The notes: generated from the letters alone by a model not told the origin. Positions 18,387 through 26,892 are shown, numbered from the stretch's first letter. The stretch: 43,453 bases of DNA from an uncultured Acetobacteraceae bacterium (GCA_964236315.1 CAXSER010000001.1:1-43453); one strand, 5' to 3'. Program-made: numbers and translations.

Positions 18387-19787
18387 ATGCAAGGGTGCGA
18401 GACGGACGTCGGGGCTCCCGACGCGGAGCTGACCGACGCGATACGCCGCCTGTCCCGCGCCAGCGTCATGGTGGTGGGCGACGTCATGCTCGACCGCTAT
18501 GTCTATGGCAGCGTGTCACGGATCAGCAAGGAAGCGCCCACCCCGGTGCTGGCGGTGAAACGCGAGCTGGCGATGGCGGGCGGCGCGGGCAACGTGGTGC
18601 GCAACCTGACCGGGCTGGGAGCGGCCGTGGCGTTCGTCTCCGTGGTGGGCGACGACCAGGCGGGGTCGGACCTGACTGGGCTGATCGGCGGGCAGCCCAA
18701 CGTCGAGCCATGGCTGCTGGTGCAGGGGTCGCGCTGCACCACGCAGAAGACGCGCTACATGGCGCGCGGCCAGCAGCTGCTCCGCTCGGATCGCGAGGAC
18801 GCCTCGCCGGTGCACCCGAAGCTGGTGGAGCGGATGCTGCGCATCACGGGCGACGCGATGGCCGCGACGTCGGTCAGCGTGCTGTCGGACTATGGCAAGG
18901 GCGTGCTGGCGGGGGGCATCGCCAGCTCGATCATCGCCGCCGCCAGGCAGGCAGGACGGCCGGTGGTGGTCGATCCGCAGGGTTCGGAGTACGAGCGCTA
19001 CGAGGGTGCCGATCTGGTGTGCCCGACCCTTGACGAGCTGGCCGAGGTGATGGGCGAGCCGGTGCTGACGGAGGCCGCCTGCGAGGCGGCCGCGTCGCGT
19101 CTGCGCACGAAGTACGGGCTCGGGGCTGTCGCGGTGAACCGGGCGTCGCGCGGCCTGACCCTGGTGGACGGCGACGGCGTGCTGCACCTGCCCTCGCACG
19201 CGGCGGAGGCCTTCGAGGCGGCGGCGGCGAACGACACCCTGGTGGCGGCGATGGCGGCAGGGCTTGCGATCGGCCTGCCGCTCAGGGTCGCGGCGAGGGT
19301 GGCGAACCTGGCAGCCGGCGTCGTGCTGGCGCAGGCCGGGCTCGCGGTGGCGCAGGAGGCCGACCTGCTCGCGGCTTTGGCGCCACAGGGCGTGGTGCCG
19401 AAGAAGGTGGTCTCGCCCCAGCTCGCCACGGAGCAGGTCGAGCGCTGGCGGCGCATGGGATGGCGCACCGGCTTCGCGCCCGGTTCCGACACCGGCGGGC
19501 TTGATGCCCGTCGCGGCGGCGACATGCGGCTGATGGAGCAGGCACGGACGGCGTGCGACCGGCTGATCGTGGGGCTGTTTCATGATCCGGCACGTGACGG
19601 CGATGTCCCGCCCGCGGCCGTGGCGCTTGCCGGCCTGCGCGAGGTCGATCTGGTGTGCCTGTACCCGGCGCACTCCGCGGACGACACGCTGCGGGCATTG
19701 CGGCCGGAGCTTCTTGTCGAGCGCGAGCCGAGCCCCGCTGCCGCGATGCTGAGAAGCTGGGGCGGCGAGATCCTGGTCGTCGAGTAG
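18387..19787 (+). CDS. hldE: HldE/RfaE-like bifunctional heptose kinase/adenylyltransferase homologue, with divergent catalytic motifs
   Basis: The N-terminus 'VMVVGDVMLDRYVYGSVSRISKEAPTPVL…GGAGNVVRNL' is unmistakably HldE domain I. The C-terminal domain keeps 'DRLIVG…' but lacks HxGH. Start at the ATG at 18387 is tentative. Confidence 0.75.
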   Translation: MQGCETDVGAPDAELTDAIRRLSRASVMVVGDVMLDRYVYGSVSRISKEAPTPVLAVKRELAMAGGAGNVVRNLTGLGAAVAFVSVVGDDQAGSDLTGLIGGQPNVEPWLLVQGSRCTTQKTRYMARGQQLLRSDREDASPVHPKLVERMLRITGDAMAATSVSVLSDYGKGVLAGGIASSIIAAARQAGRPVVVDPQGSEYERYEGADLVCPTLDELAEVMGEPVLTEAACEAAASRLRTKYGLGAVAVNRASRGLTLVDGDGVLHLPSHAAEAFEAAAANDTLVAAMAAGLAIGLPLRVAARVANLAAGVVLAQAGLAVAQEADLLAALAPQGVVPKKVVSPQLATEQVERWRRMGWRTGFAPGSDTGGLDARRGGDMRLMEQARTACDRLIVGLFHDPARDGDVPPAAVALAGLREVDLVCLYPAHSADDTLRALRPELLVEREPSPAAAMLRSWGGEILVVE

Positions 19788-19866
19788 GGCGGACCGGCGA
19801 GAGCTCCCCTGGTCGGGTCATGGGTCGACCGGGTGCCGGCTGGCGTGATGCCCGGCGGTCCGACAG

Positions 19867-20364
19867 CTACTCCACCCGCAGCGCCGCCCTGAGCGACGAG
19901 GTGATGGCCGGATCGTCGAGCCGGGCCAGCCGCCGTGCGGCGATCGTGGCGAAGCGCTGCAGCAGGGCGCGCCGACGGGCGGTGGCGAGGGCGTGCCGGG
20001 GCGCCGGGCGGATCAGCTCGGCCTCGCCCTGCTCTGCCACGATCAGCCCGACCTCCTCGGGCAGGATGTCGCGGGGAAAATCGCCGTCCACCGCGAAGAA
20101 CAGCTCGTCGCTGTAGTCGCGGTACTCCGGCCACTTCGAGTCGACCAGGAAGTCGCGGGCGCCCGACTTCACCTCGATGCACACGAAGCCGCCGTCCGGG
20201 CGCAGGGCGAGGATGTCCGCGCGCCGCGAGTTCGGCAGCGGCACCTCGTGCAGCACGACCCAGGACAGCATCTCGCACAGCCGGCTGGTGGCGCGCCGGA
20301 TCGCCAGCGCGCGTTCCGGCAGCAGCGGCGGCGGCAGGTCGGCAACCGGCGGCGCGTCATCCAT
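19867..20364 (-). CDS. mmcB: MmcB-family DNA repair protein (PD-(D/E)xK nuclease fold)
   Basis: '…RRADILALRPDGGFVCIEVKSGARDFLVDSKWPEYRDYSDELFFAV' shows the D…E-x-K core. The start overlaps the UDG stop by 8 nt. Confidence 0.7.
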   Translation of the reverse strand: MDDAPPVADLPPPLLPERALAIRRATSRLCEMLSWVVLHEVPLPNSRRADILALRPDGGFVCIEVKSGARDFLVDSKWPEYRDYSDELFFAVDGDFPRDILPEEVGLIVAEQGEAELIRPAPRHALATARRRALLQRFATIAARRLARLDDPAITSSLRAALRVE

Positions 20365-21019
20365 CGGCGAGCGTCTCCTGCACGCGGCGGCGCAGCTCCG
20401 GCAGCACCTCGTCGGTGAACCAGGGGTTGCGGGTCTCCCAGATGCCGGTGCGCCACGAGGGGTGGGGCAGGGGAAGGCGGTCCGGCAGGAAGCTGCGGAA
20501 CGCGCGAACGCGCTCGGTCATGGCACCGGGGCCGAGCGCCCAGCGCTGGGCGTGGCTTCCGACCAGAAGCGTGAGCCGGACCCGTGGCATGGCGGCGAGC
20601 AGGGGCGTGCGCCAGATCGGCGCGCACTCCGGGCGCGGCGGGGCGTCGCCGCCGTTCGGCAGGCGGCCGGGGTAGCAGAAGCCCATCGGCAGGATGGCGA
20701 CCTGCGCCGGGTCGTAGAACACGTCCTTGCCGAGGCCGAGCCAGTCGCGCAGCCGATCGCCCGAAGCATCCCAGAACGACAGGCCGGCGAGGTGGACCCT
20801 GGTGCCGGGCGCCTGGCTCGCGATCAGCAGGCGGGCAGTGGCGGAGACGTGCAGGATCGGCCGCGGACCCAGCGGCAGGTGAGGGGCGCACACCCGGCAG
20901 GCACGCGCCTCCGCGGCGAGCCGGTCGATGCCGGCACCGGGCGTCGGGCCAACGGCTGCATCCGCGGCGTCGGGCGGCGCCGGGACAGGGCCGGGCGGTG
21001 CGATCGGGTGGTCCGGCAC
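20357..21019 (-). CDS. Uracil-DNA glycosylase superfamily protein
   Basis: '…CRVCAPHLPLGPRPILHVSATARLLIASQAPGTRVHLAGLSFWDASGDRLRDWLG…ILPMGFCYPG…LLVGSHAQ'. Confidence 0.7.
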   Translation of the reverse strand: MPDHPIAPPGPVPAPPDAADAAVGPTPGAGIDRLAAEARACRVCAPHLPLGPRPILHVSATARLLIASQAPGTRVHLAGLSFWDASGDRLRDWLGLGKDVFYDPAQVAILPMGFCYPGRLPNGGDAPPRPECAPIWRTPLLAAMPRVRLTLLVGSHAQRWALGPGAMTERVRAFRSFLPDRLPLPHPSWRTGIWETRNPWFTDEVLPELRRRVQETLADG

Positions 21020-21022
21020 GGG

Positions 21023-21466
21023 CTAGGGAGCGCCCTCCTGCACCCCGACCTGCACGATCTGCTCGCCGGACAGCTGGAAGGTGACGGTGCAGGGCAGCAC
21101 GTCGCTGGCCGCGACGGCGCGCCCGAGGTCGTGCAGCACGATCTGCCAGCCACCGCCCTTGAGGACGATGGCCTTGCGGGCGGGAACCTCGAAGCCCTCG
21201 ACCTGGTGCAGCTCGGCCGAGCCTTCCTGCGCGGGAGCCTCGAAGGTGACGGAGGCGGCGTCCGGGCAGGCGGCGCGGATCAGGTGGTCGGTGACGTCGC
21301 CGTTGTTGGTCACCGTCATCGACAGGACAGTGGTGCCACCTTTCGGCTGCGGCGCAGCGAACGGATCGGACACCATGATCGGCCCGACGATGGGGCCGGC
21401 CGCGCGCGCGGGCAGGACGAGCCCGGCAAGGGCCAGGGCAGTCAGGGCTGTGTCACGCAAGCGCAT
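21023..21466 (-). CDS. PCu(A)C (DUF461)-like periplasmic protein lacking the canonical His/Met copper ligands
   Basis: Signal peptide 'MRLRDTALTALALAGLVLPARAAGP'. The body aligns by eye to PCuAC ('LSMTVTNNGDVTDHL…VEGFEVPARKAIVLKGGGWQIVLHDL…LPCTVTF'), but the ligand positions read E, P/L, Q and V. Confidence 0.55.
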   Translation of the reverse strand: MRLRDTALTALALAGLVLPARAAGPIVGPIMVSDPFAAPQPKGGTTVLSMTVTNNGDVTDHLIRAACPDAASVTFEAPAQEGSAELHQVEGFEVPARKAIVLKGGGWQIVLHDLGRAVAASDVLPCTVTFQLSGEQIVQVGVQEGAP

Positions 21467-21986
21467 ACTCGACCTCGGGGGTGTAGGCGGACTGCTCCTT
21501 GCCCAGGCGGGAGCTGAAGAGGGTGAAGTGCGCCACGGGCACGGGGTCGGCGCGGAACAGGTTGTGCGCGGCGATCCAGCCCGCAAGCTCGTCGGGCGAG
21601 GTATTGTGGATGCGCCCCAGCGTGATGTGCGGCGAGAAGCGCCGCCGCTCCGGCTCCAGCCCGGCCCGCTGCAGCGCGGTCTCGATCCTGGCCTGCAGGT
21701 GATCCAGCGCCGGGTTGCGCTCCACCGCCGCCCACAGCGAGGCGGGCTTGCCGGGCCTGGCGAACACGCCGACGCCGCGCACCACCAGGTCGAAGCCGCG
21801 CGCCTGCACCCCGGCGAGCGCCACGTCGGCGTCCTCCGCCATGTAGCGCGGCAGCTCGCCGAGGAAGCGCAGCGTCAGGTGGTGGTTCTCCGGCGGCTGC
21901 CAGCGCGCGGCCTTGAGCCCGCCGGCGAGGCCGGTCAGGCGCTCGCGCAGCGTCCACGGCAGGTCGATGGCGACGAACAGCCTCAC
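21453..21986 (-). CDS. thpR: RNA 2',3'-cyclic phosphodiesterase (2H family, ThpR/LigT)
   Basis: Two HxTx motifs ('HHLTLRFLG' and 'PHITLGR') and the opening 'VRLFVAIDLP'. A GTG start at 21986 is assumed; the track ORF extends to 22100. Confidence 0.8.
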   Translation of the reverse strand: MRLFVAIDLPWTLRERLTGLAGGLKAARWQPPENHHLTLRFLGELPRYMAEDADVALAGVQARGFDLVVRGVGVFARPGKPASLWAAVERNPALDHLQARIETALQRAGLEPERRRFSPHITLGRIHNTSPDELAGWIAAHNLFRADPVPVAHFTLFSSRLGKEQSAYTPEVEYALA

Positions 21987-22029
21987 GGCGCGGGCGTGGC
22001 CCCGAGCCGCGCACCCCGGGCAAGGCAGG

Positions 22030-22686
22030 TCATTGCGCGGGCACCTCGGCCAGCAGCCGCTCGACCAGCGGCAGCAGGCGGGCGACGATGATCGCGACAC
22101 CCTTCGCCGTGGGGTGCAGGCCGTCGGCCTGCTTCAGGGACGGGTCGAGCGCCACGTCCTGCAGGAAGAACGGATCGTAGAGCAGGCCGGGCCGCCGGCT
22201 GAGCGTGTCGAAGACCGCGCGGAACGCGTCGTCGTAAGCGCGGCCCAGGTTCGGCGGCGCATACATGCCGGAGAGCAGGGTCGGGATGTGGCGCGCTGCC
22301 AGCCGGTCGAGGATCGCCGCCAGGCTGGCCTGCATCGCCGCCGGGTCGAGGCCGCGCAGGCCGTCGTTGGCGCCAAGCTCGACCAGCGCGCAGTCCGGGT
22401 TGTCGGCCAGCGACCAGTCGAGTCGGGCCGCGCCGCCGGCGGAGGTGTCGCCGGAGACGCCGCCGTCGAGGATGGTCACGTCGTGCCCCGCCTTGCGCAG
22501 CGCCGCGCCGAGCTGCGCCTCGAAGCCGTCGTCGTGGGGCAGACCGTATCCGGCGGTCAACGAGTCGCCGAAGGCGAGCAGGCGGAGCGGCCGGGCGGAT
22601 GCGAGGCCGCACGAGAGCGCCAGCAGCACGAAACCGGCCGCCGCGGCCTTCGCCAGCCGGGGACGGGCGCCATATGCTGCACCCAT
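22030..22686 (-). CDS. SGNH/GDSL arylesterase-lysophospholipase (TesA-like), secreted
   Basis: Signal peptide, then block I 'LLAFGDSLTAGYG', 'GVSGDTS', 'ELGANDGLRG', and 'DGLHPTAKG' (block V D-x-x-H). Confidence 0.85.
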   Translation of the reverse strand: MGAAYGARPRLAKAAAAGFVLLALSCGLASARPLRLLAFGDSLTAGYGLPHDDGFEAQLGAALRKAGHDVTILDGGVSGDTSAGGAARLDWSLADNPDCALVELGANDGLRGLDPAAMQASLAAILDRLAARHIPTLLSGMYAPPNLGRAYDDAFRAVFDTLSRRPGLLYDPFFLQDVALDPSLKQADGLHPTAKGVAIIVARLLPLVERLLAEVPAQ

Positions 22687-23398
22687 GGACACAGCCACCG
22701 CCTCCCTCGTTTCCGCCCCTGCCCCCGCGGAGGCGCCGCTGGTGCAGGTCCGTGACCTGAGGCTGACGGTGCCTTCGGCGGCGGGACCGGTCAACATCCT
22801 CAACGGCGTCACCATGGACGTGGCGGCAGGCGAGGCTTTGGGCATCGTGGGACCTTCCGGCTCTGGCAAGACGAGCCTGCTGATGGTGCTGGCGGGGCTG
22901 GAACGCGCGAGCGGCGGCGAGGTGCGCATCGCCGGCACCACGATCACCGGCATGGGCGAGGATGCGCTGGCGCGGTTCCGCCGCGACACCGTGGGCATCG
23001 TGTTCCAGGCCTTCCACCTGATCCCGGCGATGACCGCGCTGGAGAACGTGGCGGTGCCGCTGGAGCTGGCCGGAGCACGCGACGCGACGGCGCGCGCACG
23101 CGACAGCCTGTGCGCCGTCGGCCTCGGCCACCGGCTGACGCATCTGCCCGGGCAGCTCTCCGGCGGCGAGCAGCAGCGCGTGGCGCTGGCGCGTGCCTTC
23201 GCGCCGCGGCCGCGCCTGCTGCTGGCGGACGAGCCGACCGGCAACCTCGACCAGGCGACCGGGCAGGTGGTGATGGACCTGCTGTTCGACATGCAGGCCC
23301 GCCTGGGCACCACGCTGATGCTCATCACCCACGACCCCGGGCTGGCGGCGCGCTGCGGGCGGCAGGTCCGCGTCGCCGACGGGCGGGTGTCGGCGTGA
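22685..23398 (+). CDS. ABC transporter ATP-binding protein (YbbA/LolD-like)
   Basis: 'GPSGSGKTSLL', 'LSGGEQQRVALARA', 'LLADEPTGNLD'. Divergent from the tesA-like gene, as in the E. coli tesA-ybbA-ybbP arrangement. Confidence 0.88.
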   Translation: MDTATASLVSAPAPAEAPLVQVRDLRLTVPSAAGPVNILNGVTMDVAAGEALGIVGPSGSGKTSLLMVLAGLERASGGEVRIAGTTITGMGEDALARFRRDTVGIVFQAFHLIPAMTALENVAVPLELAGARDATARARDSLCAVGLGHRLTHLPGQLSGGEQQRVALARAFAPRPRLLLADEPTGNLDQATGQVVMDLLFDMQARLGTTLMLITHDPGLAARCGRQVRVADGRVSA

Positions 23399-23420
23399 GC
23401 AACGGCGCCGGGGTGCGGCG

Positions 23421-25928
23421 GTGATGCTGGCGCTGCGGCTGGCGGCGCGCGAGCTGCGCACCGGCACGCGCGGCCTGCGCATCGTGCTGGCCTGCCTGGC
23501 GCTGGGTGTCGCGTCGATCGGCGCGGTCGGCGGGCTGCGGGTGGCGATCGAGCGCGGGCTGTCGGACCGGGGCCGCGACATCCTCGGCGGCGATCTGGCG
23601 GTCAACGGCGGGGCGGAGGCGCTGCCGGACACGCTGCGCGCCTTCCTGCGCGAGCGGGGCGCGCGGCTGTCCGACATCGTGCAGATGCGCTCGATGCTGG
23701 TGGCGGCCAACGGCGAGCGGGCGCTGATCGAGCTCAAGGCCGTGGACGCGGCATACCCTCTGGTGGGCACGCTCGATCTGTCGCCGCCGGGCGCGCTGCA
23801 GCCGGCGCTGGCCGGGCAGGGCCTGGTCGGCGAGCCGGTGATCCTGGACCGGCTGGGGGTGAAGGCGGGCGACAGCCTGCGGGTCGGGCAGGCGCAGTTC
23901 GTGCTGAGGGGCTCGGTGGCGGCGGAGCCGGACGGTGCCGCGACGCCCGGGCTGCTCGGGCCCGGCGCGGTGATCGCGCTCGCCGACCTGCCCGCAACCG
24001 GCCTGGTGCAGCCCGGCTCGCTGCTGCGCTACGAGCTGCGCGCGGCCCTCCCGCCCGGCACTGACGTGGCGGCGGTGGAGGCCGCGGTGCGCACGGAGTT
24101 CGGCGACCGGGGCTGGCGCATCCGCGACTCCCACGACGCGGCACCCGGCGTGGTGCGGTTCATCGACCAGACCAGCCGATTCATGACGCTGGTCGGGCTG
24201 ACCGCGCTGCTGGTCGGCGGCATCGGCGTGGCGACCGGCGTGCGGGCCTGGCTGGAGGCGAGAGCACGCGGCATCGCGGTGCTGCGCTGCCTCGGCGCCT
24301 CGTCGCGCCTGGTGTTCGCGACGTACCTGATCCAGGTGGCGGCACTGTCCGTGGTCGGCGTGGCCGCGGGCGTGGCGGCAGGGGCGGCGCTGCCGGCGCT
24401 GGGCATCTGGCTGTTCGGCAGCCTGCTGCCGGTGCCGCCGCGCGTGGGGATCTACTGGGGGCCGCTGGGACTCGCGGCCCTGTACGGGCTGCTCACCGCA
24501 GGCGCGTTCTCGCTGTGGCCGCTGGGCCGGGCGGCACGCATCCCGGGCGCGGCGCTGTTCCGCGACGCCGTGCTGCCGGGCGACGCGCGGCCGTCGGCGG
24601 GCGTGGCGGCCGCCAACGTCGTGCTCGTGCTGGTGCTGGTCGGGCTGACGGTCGCGACCGCGCCGCAGCGTGGCTTCGCCCTGTGGTTCTGCGGGGCGGC
24701 CGCGGCGACACTGCTGCTGTTCCGGGCGGGAGGCTGGGCGCTGATGCGCGGCGTCGTGCTGCTGCCGGCGCCGCGCTGGGCCTGGGCGCGGCTCGGGCTC
24801 GGCAACCTGCACCGGCCGGGGGCCGCGACGCCGCTGATGATGGTCGCCCTCGGGCTCGGGCTGTCGACGCTGTGCTCGGTGGCGATGATCGAGGCCAACA
24901 TCCGGCGTGCGGTGCTGGACCAGATCCCGGCCGACGCGCCGACCTTCTTCTTCATCGACATCCAGCCCGATCAGCTCGCCCGCTTCGACGACATGGTGCA
25001 CGCCGCACCCGGCACCGCGGACGTGGACCAGGTGCCGAGCCTGCGCGCGCGGATGGTGGCCGTGAACGGCGTGCCGGTCGAGCAGGTGCATGCCACGCCG
25101 GACACGCAGTGGGCGTTGCGCGGCGACCGTGGCCTGACCTTCGCCGCCGCCGAGCCCGAGGACACGCGGCTCGTGGCCGGGCAGTGGTGGCCGGCGGACT
25201 ATGCGGGCCCGCCGCTGGTGTCGTTCGACGCCAAGCTGGCGCAGGGCTGGGGCGTGAAGGTCGGCGACACCCTGCGCATCAACGTGCTGGGCCGCGACCT
25301 CGATCTGGGTGTCGCCAGTCTGCGCGACATCAACTGGCGCACCCTGTCGCTGAACTTCACCATGGTCGCCTCGCCGGGGCTGCTGTCGCAGGCGCCGCAC
25401 TCCGAGATCGCCACCGTGTACATGGACGACGACCCGCATCACCAGGGCGCACTGCTGCGCCAGGTCACGGACGCCCTGCCCAACGTCACCGGCATCCGCG
25501 TCGCCGACGTGCTCGACGCGGTGGCTTCCCTGGTGCGCAAGGTCGCGGCCGCGCTGGCGGCGACGGGGTCGCTGGCGCTGGCGGCGGGCGCCCTGGTGCT
25601 GGCCGGCACGGTGGCGGCGGGGCAGCGCCGGCGCATCGCGGAGGCGGTGGTGCTCAAGAGCCTGGGCGCGACCCGGCGGCAGATCCGCGCGGCGTGGCTG
25701 GTGGAGTTCGGAGTGATCGGGCTCGCGGCGGGGCTGCTCGCGGCGCTCGTGGGGACGGCGGCAAGCTGGGGCGTGGTGCGGTTCCTGATGGACTCGGACT
25801 GGACGTTCCTGCCGGGCGTGCTGGCGGCCACGGTGTGCGGCTGCGTGGCCCTGATGCTGGGCTTCGGCTACGCCGGCACTGCCGTGGCGCTGCGGGCGCC
25901 GGCTGCGGCCTACCTGCGCAATGAATGA
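23421..25928 (+). CDS. FtsX-family ABC permease, duplicated (YbbP-like)
   Basis: 835 aa with two FtsX-like 4-TM modules separated by large loops. Immediately downstream of the YbbA-like ATPase. Confidence 0.82.
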   Translation: MMLALRLAARELRTGTRGLRIVLACLALGVASIGAVGGLRVAIERGLSDRGRDILGGDLAVNGGAEALPDTLRAFLRERGARLSDIVQMRSMLVAANGERALIELKAVDAAYPLVGTLDLSPPGALQPALAGQGLVGEPVILDRLGVKAGDSLRVGQAQFVLRGSVAAEPDGAATPGLLGPGAVIALADLPATGLVQPGSLLRYELRAALPPGTDVAAVEAAVRTEFGDRGWRIRDSHDAAPGVVRFIDQTSRFMTLVGLTALLVGGIGVATGVRAWLEARARGIAVLRCLGASSRLVFATYLIQVAALSVVGVAAGVAAGAALPALGIWLFGSLLPVPPRVGIYWGPLGLAALYGLLTAGAFSLWPLGRAARIPGAALFRDAVLPGDARPSAGVAAANVVLVLVLVGLTVATAPQRGFALWFCGAAAATLLLFRAGGWALMRGVVLLPAPRWAWARLGLGNLHRPGAATPLMMVALGLGLSTLCSVAMIEANIRRAVLDQIPADAPTFFFIDIQPDQLARFDDMVHAAPGTADVDQVPSLRARMVAVNGVPVEQVHATPDTQWALRGDRGLTFAAAEPEDTRLVAGQWWPADYAGPPLVSFDAKLAQGWGVKVGDTLRINVLGRDLDLGVASLRDINWRTLSLNFTMVASPGLLSQAPHSEIATVYMDDDPHHQGALLRQVTDALPNVTGIRVADVLDAVASLVRKVAAALAATGSLALAAGALVLAGTVAAGQRRRIAEAVVLKSLGATRRQIRAAWLVEFGVIGLAAGLLAALVGTAASWGVVRFLMDSDWTFLPGVLAATVCGCVALMLGFGYAGTAVALRAPAAAYLRNE

Positions 25929-25943
25929 ACGGCGGGTGAGCCG

Positions 25944-25958
25944 ATATTTATCAAATAT
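25944..25958. promoter_or_regulatory. AT-rich perfect palindrome ATATTT-ATC-AAATAT (possible operator or promoter element)
   Basis: A conspicuous AT island in GC-rich DNA. It lies 16 nt after the ybbP-like stop and about 105 nt upstream of the BI-1 family gene. Confidence 0.3.
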
Positions 25959-26063
25959 TTAGCTATGGACGGCGACCCGGGCGGCCGCCGGATTTCGCTT
26001 GAACGCGGGCCGGCTCCTGCCAAGATAGCAGCCTTGGGCACCATGCCCCCTGAGGAACCTTCC

Positions 26064-26843
26064 ATGGCCTTCCGCCCCGATACCCGAACCTATCCGGCGC
26101 CGGCCGGCTTCGCGCAGGACGGCGCGCTCGACGCAGGCCTGCGCACCTACATGCTGCACGTCTACAACTGGATGACGTCGGGCCTGGCGCTGACCGGCAT
26201 CGTGGCCTACCTCGTGGCCAACGTGCCCGCGGTGCGCGAGGCGTTCTACCAGCCCGTTCGCACCCAGGGCGGCGGCCTCGCGCTGCACCCGACCCTGCTC
26301 GGCTACGCGGCGATGTTCGCCCCCCTGGCCTTCGTGCTGGTGCTGAGCATGGGCGTGAACCGCCTGTCGCGGCAGTCGGCGCAGGCGCTGTACTGGGCGT
26401 TCTGCGCGGCGATGGGCGCCAGCCTCGCCAACATCTTCTGGGTCTACACCGGCGACAGCATCACCCGCGTGTTCTTCATCACCGCAGGCACCTTCGCGGT
26501 GATGTCGGCCTGGGGCTACACGACGAAGACCGATCTGAGCCGCTTCGGCAGCTTCCTGATGATGGGCCTGATCGGCATCATCCTCGCCAGCGTGGTCAAC
26601 ATCTTCGTCGGCAGCAGCCAGCTGCAGTTCCTGGTCAGCATCGTCGGCGTGCTGGTGTTCACCGGCCTCACCGCCTTCGACACCCAGCGCATCAAGGCGT
26701 CCTACCTGCAGTATTCCTACGCCGAGGGCTCGGACGTTGCGTCCAAGCGCAGCGTCTACGACGCCCTGAGCCTCTACCTGAACTTCATCAACCTGTTCAT
26801 GCTCCTGCTCCAGCTGACCGGCACCCGCAGCAACAACAACTGA
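26064..26843 (+). CDS. Bax inhibitor-1/YccA family membrane protein
   Basis: '…GLRTYMLHVYNWMTSGLALTGIVAY…', seven hydrophobic segments, and C-terminal 'ALSLYLNFINLFMLLLQL'. GAGGA precedes the ATG at 26064. Confidence 0.85.
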   Translation: MAFRPDTRTYPAPAGFAQDGALDAGLRTYMLHVYNWMTSGLALTGIVAYLVANVPAVREAFYQPVRTQGGGLALHPTLLGYAAMFAPLAFVLVLSMGVNRLSRQSAQALYWAFCAAMGASLANIFWVYTGDSITRVFFITAGTFAVMSAWGYTTKTDLSRFGSFLMMGLIGIILASVVNIFVGSSQLQFLVSIVGVLVFTGLTAFDTQRIKASYLQYSYAEGSDVASKRSVYDALSLYLNFINLFMLLLQLTGTRSNNN

Positions 26844-26860
26844 TCGGCTGCGCATCCACG

Positions 26861-26892
26861 AAAGCCCTGGCTCCCCGCGGAGCCGGGGCTTT
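26861..26892 (+). terminator. Rho-independent terminator after the BI-1 family gene
   Basis: AAAGCCCTGGCTCC-ccgc-GGAGCCGGGGCTTT forms a 14-bp stem with one G·U pair. It runs into TTTCT and begins 18 nt after the stop. Confidence 0.7.

Noticed and set aside
23325-25442. 705-aa minus-strand ORF
   Set aside because: It is antisense to the YbbP-like FtsX permease. It is an Arg/Pro/Gln/His-rich shadow frame.
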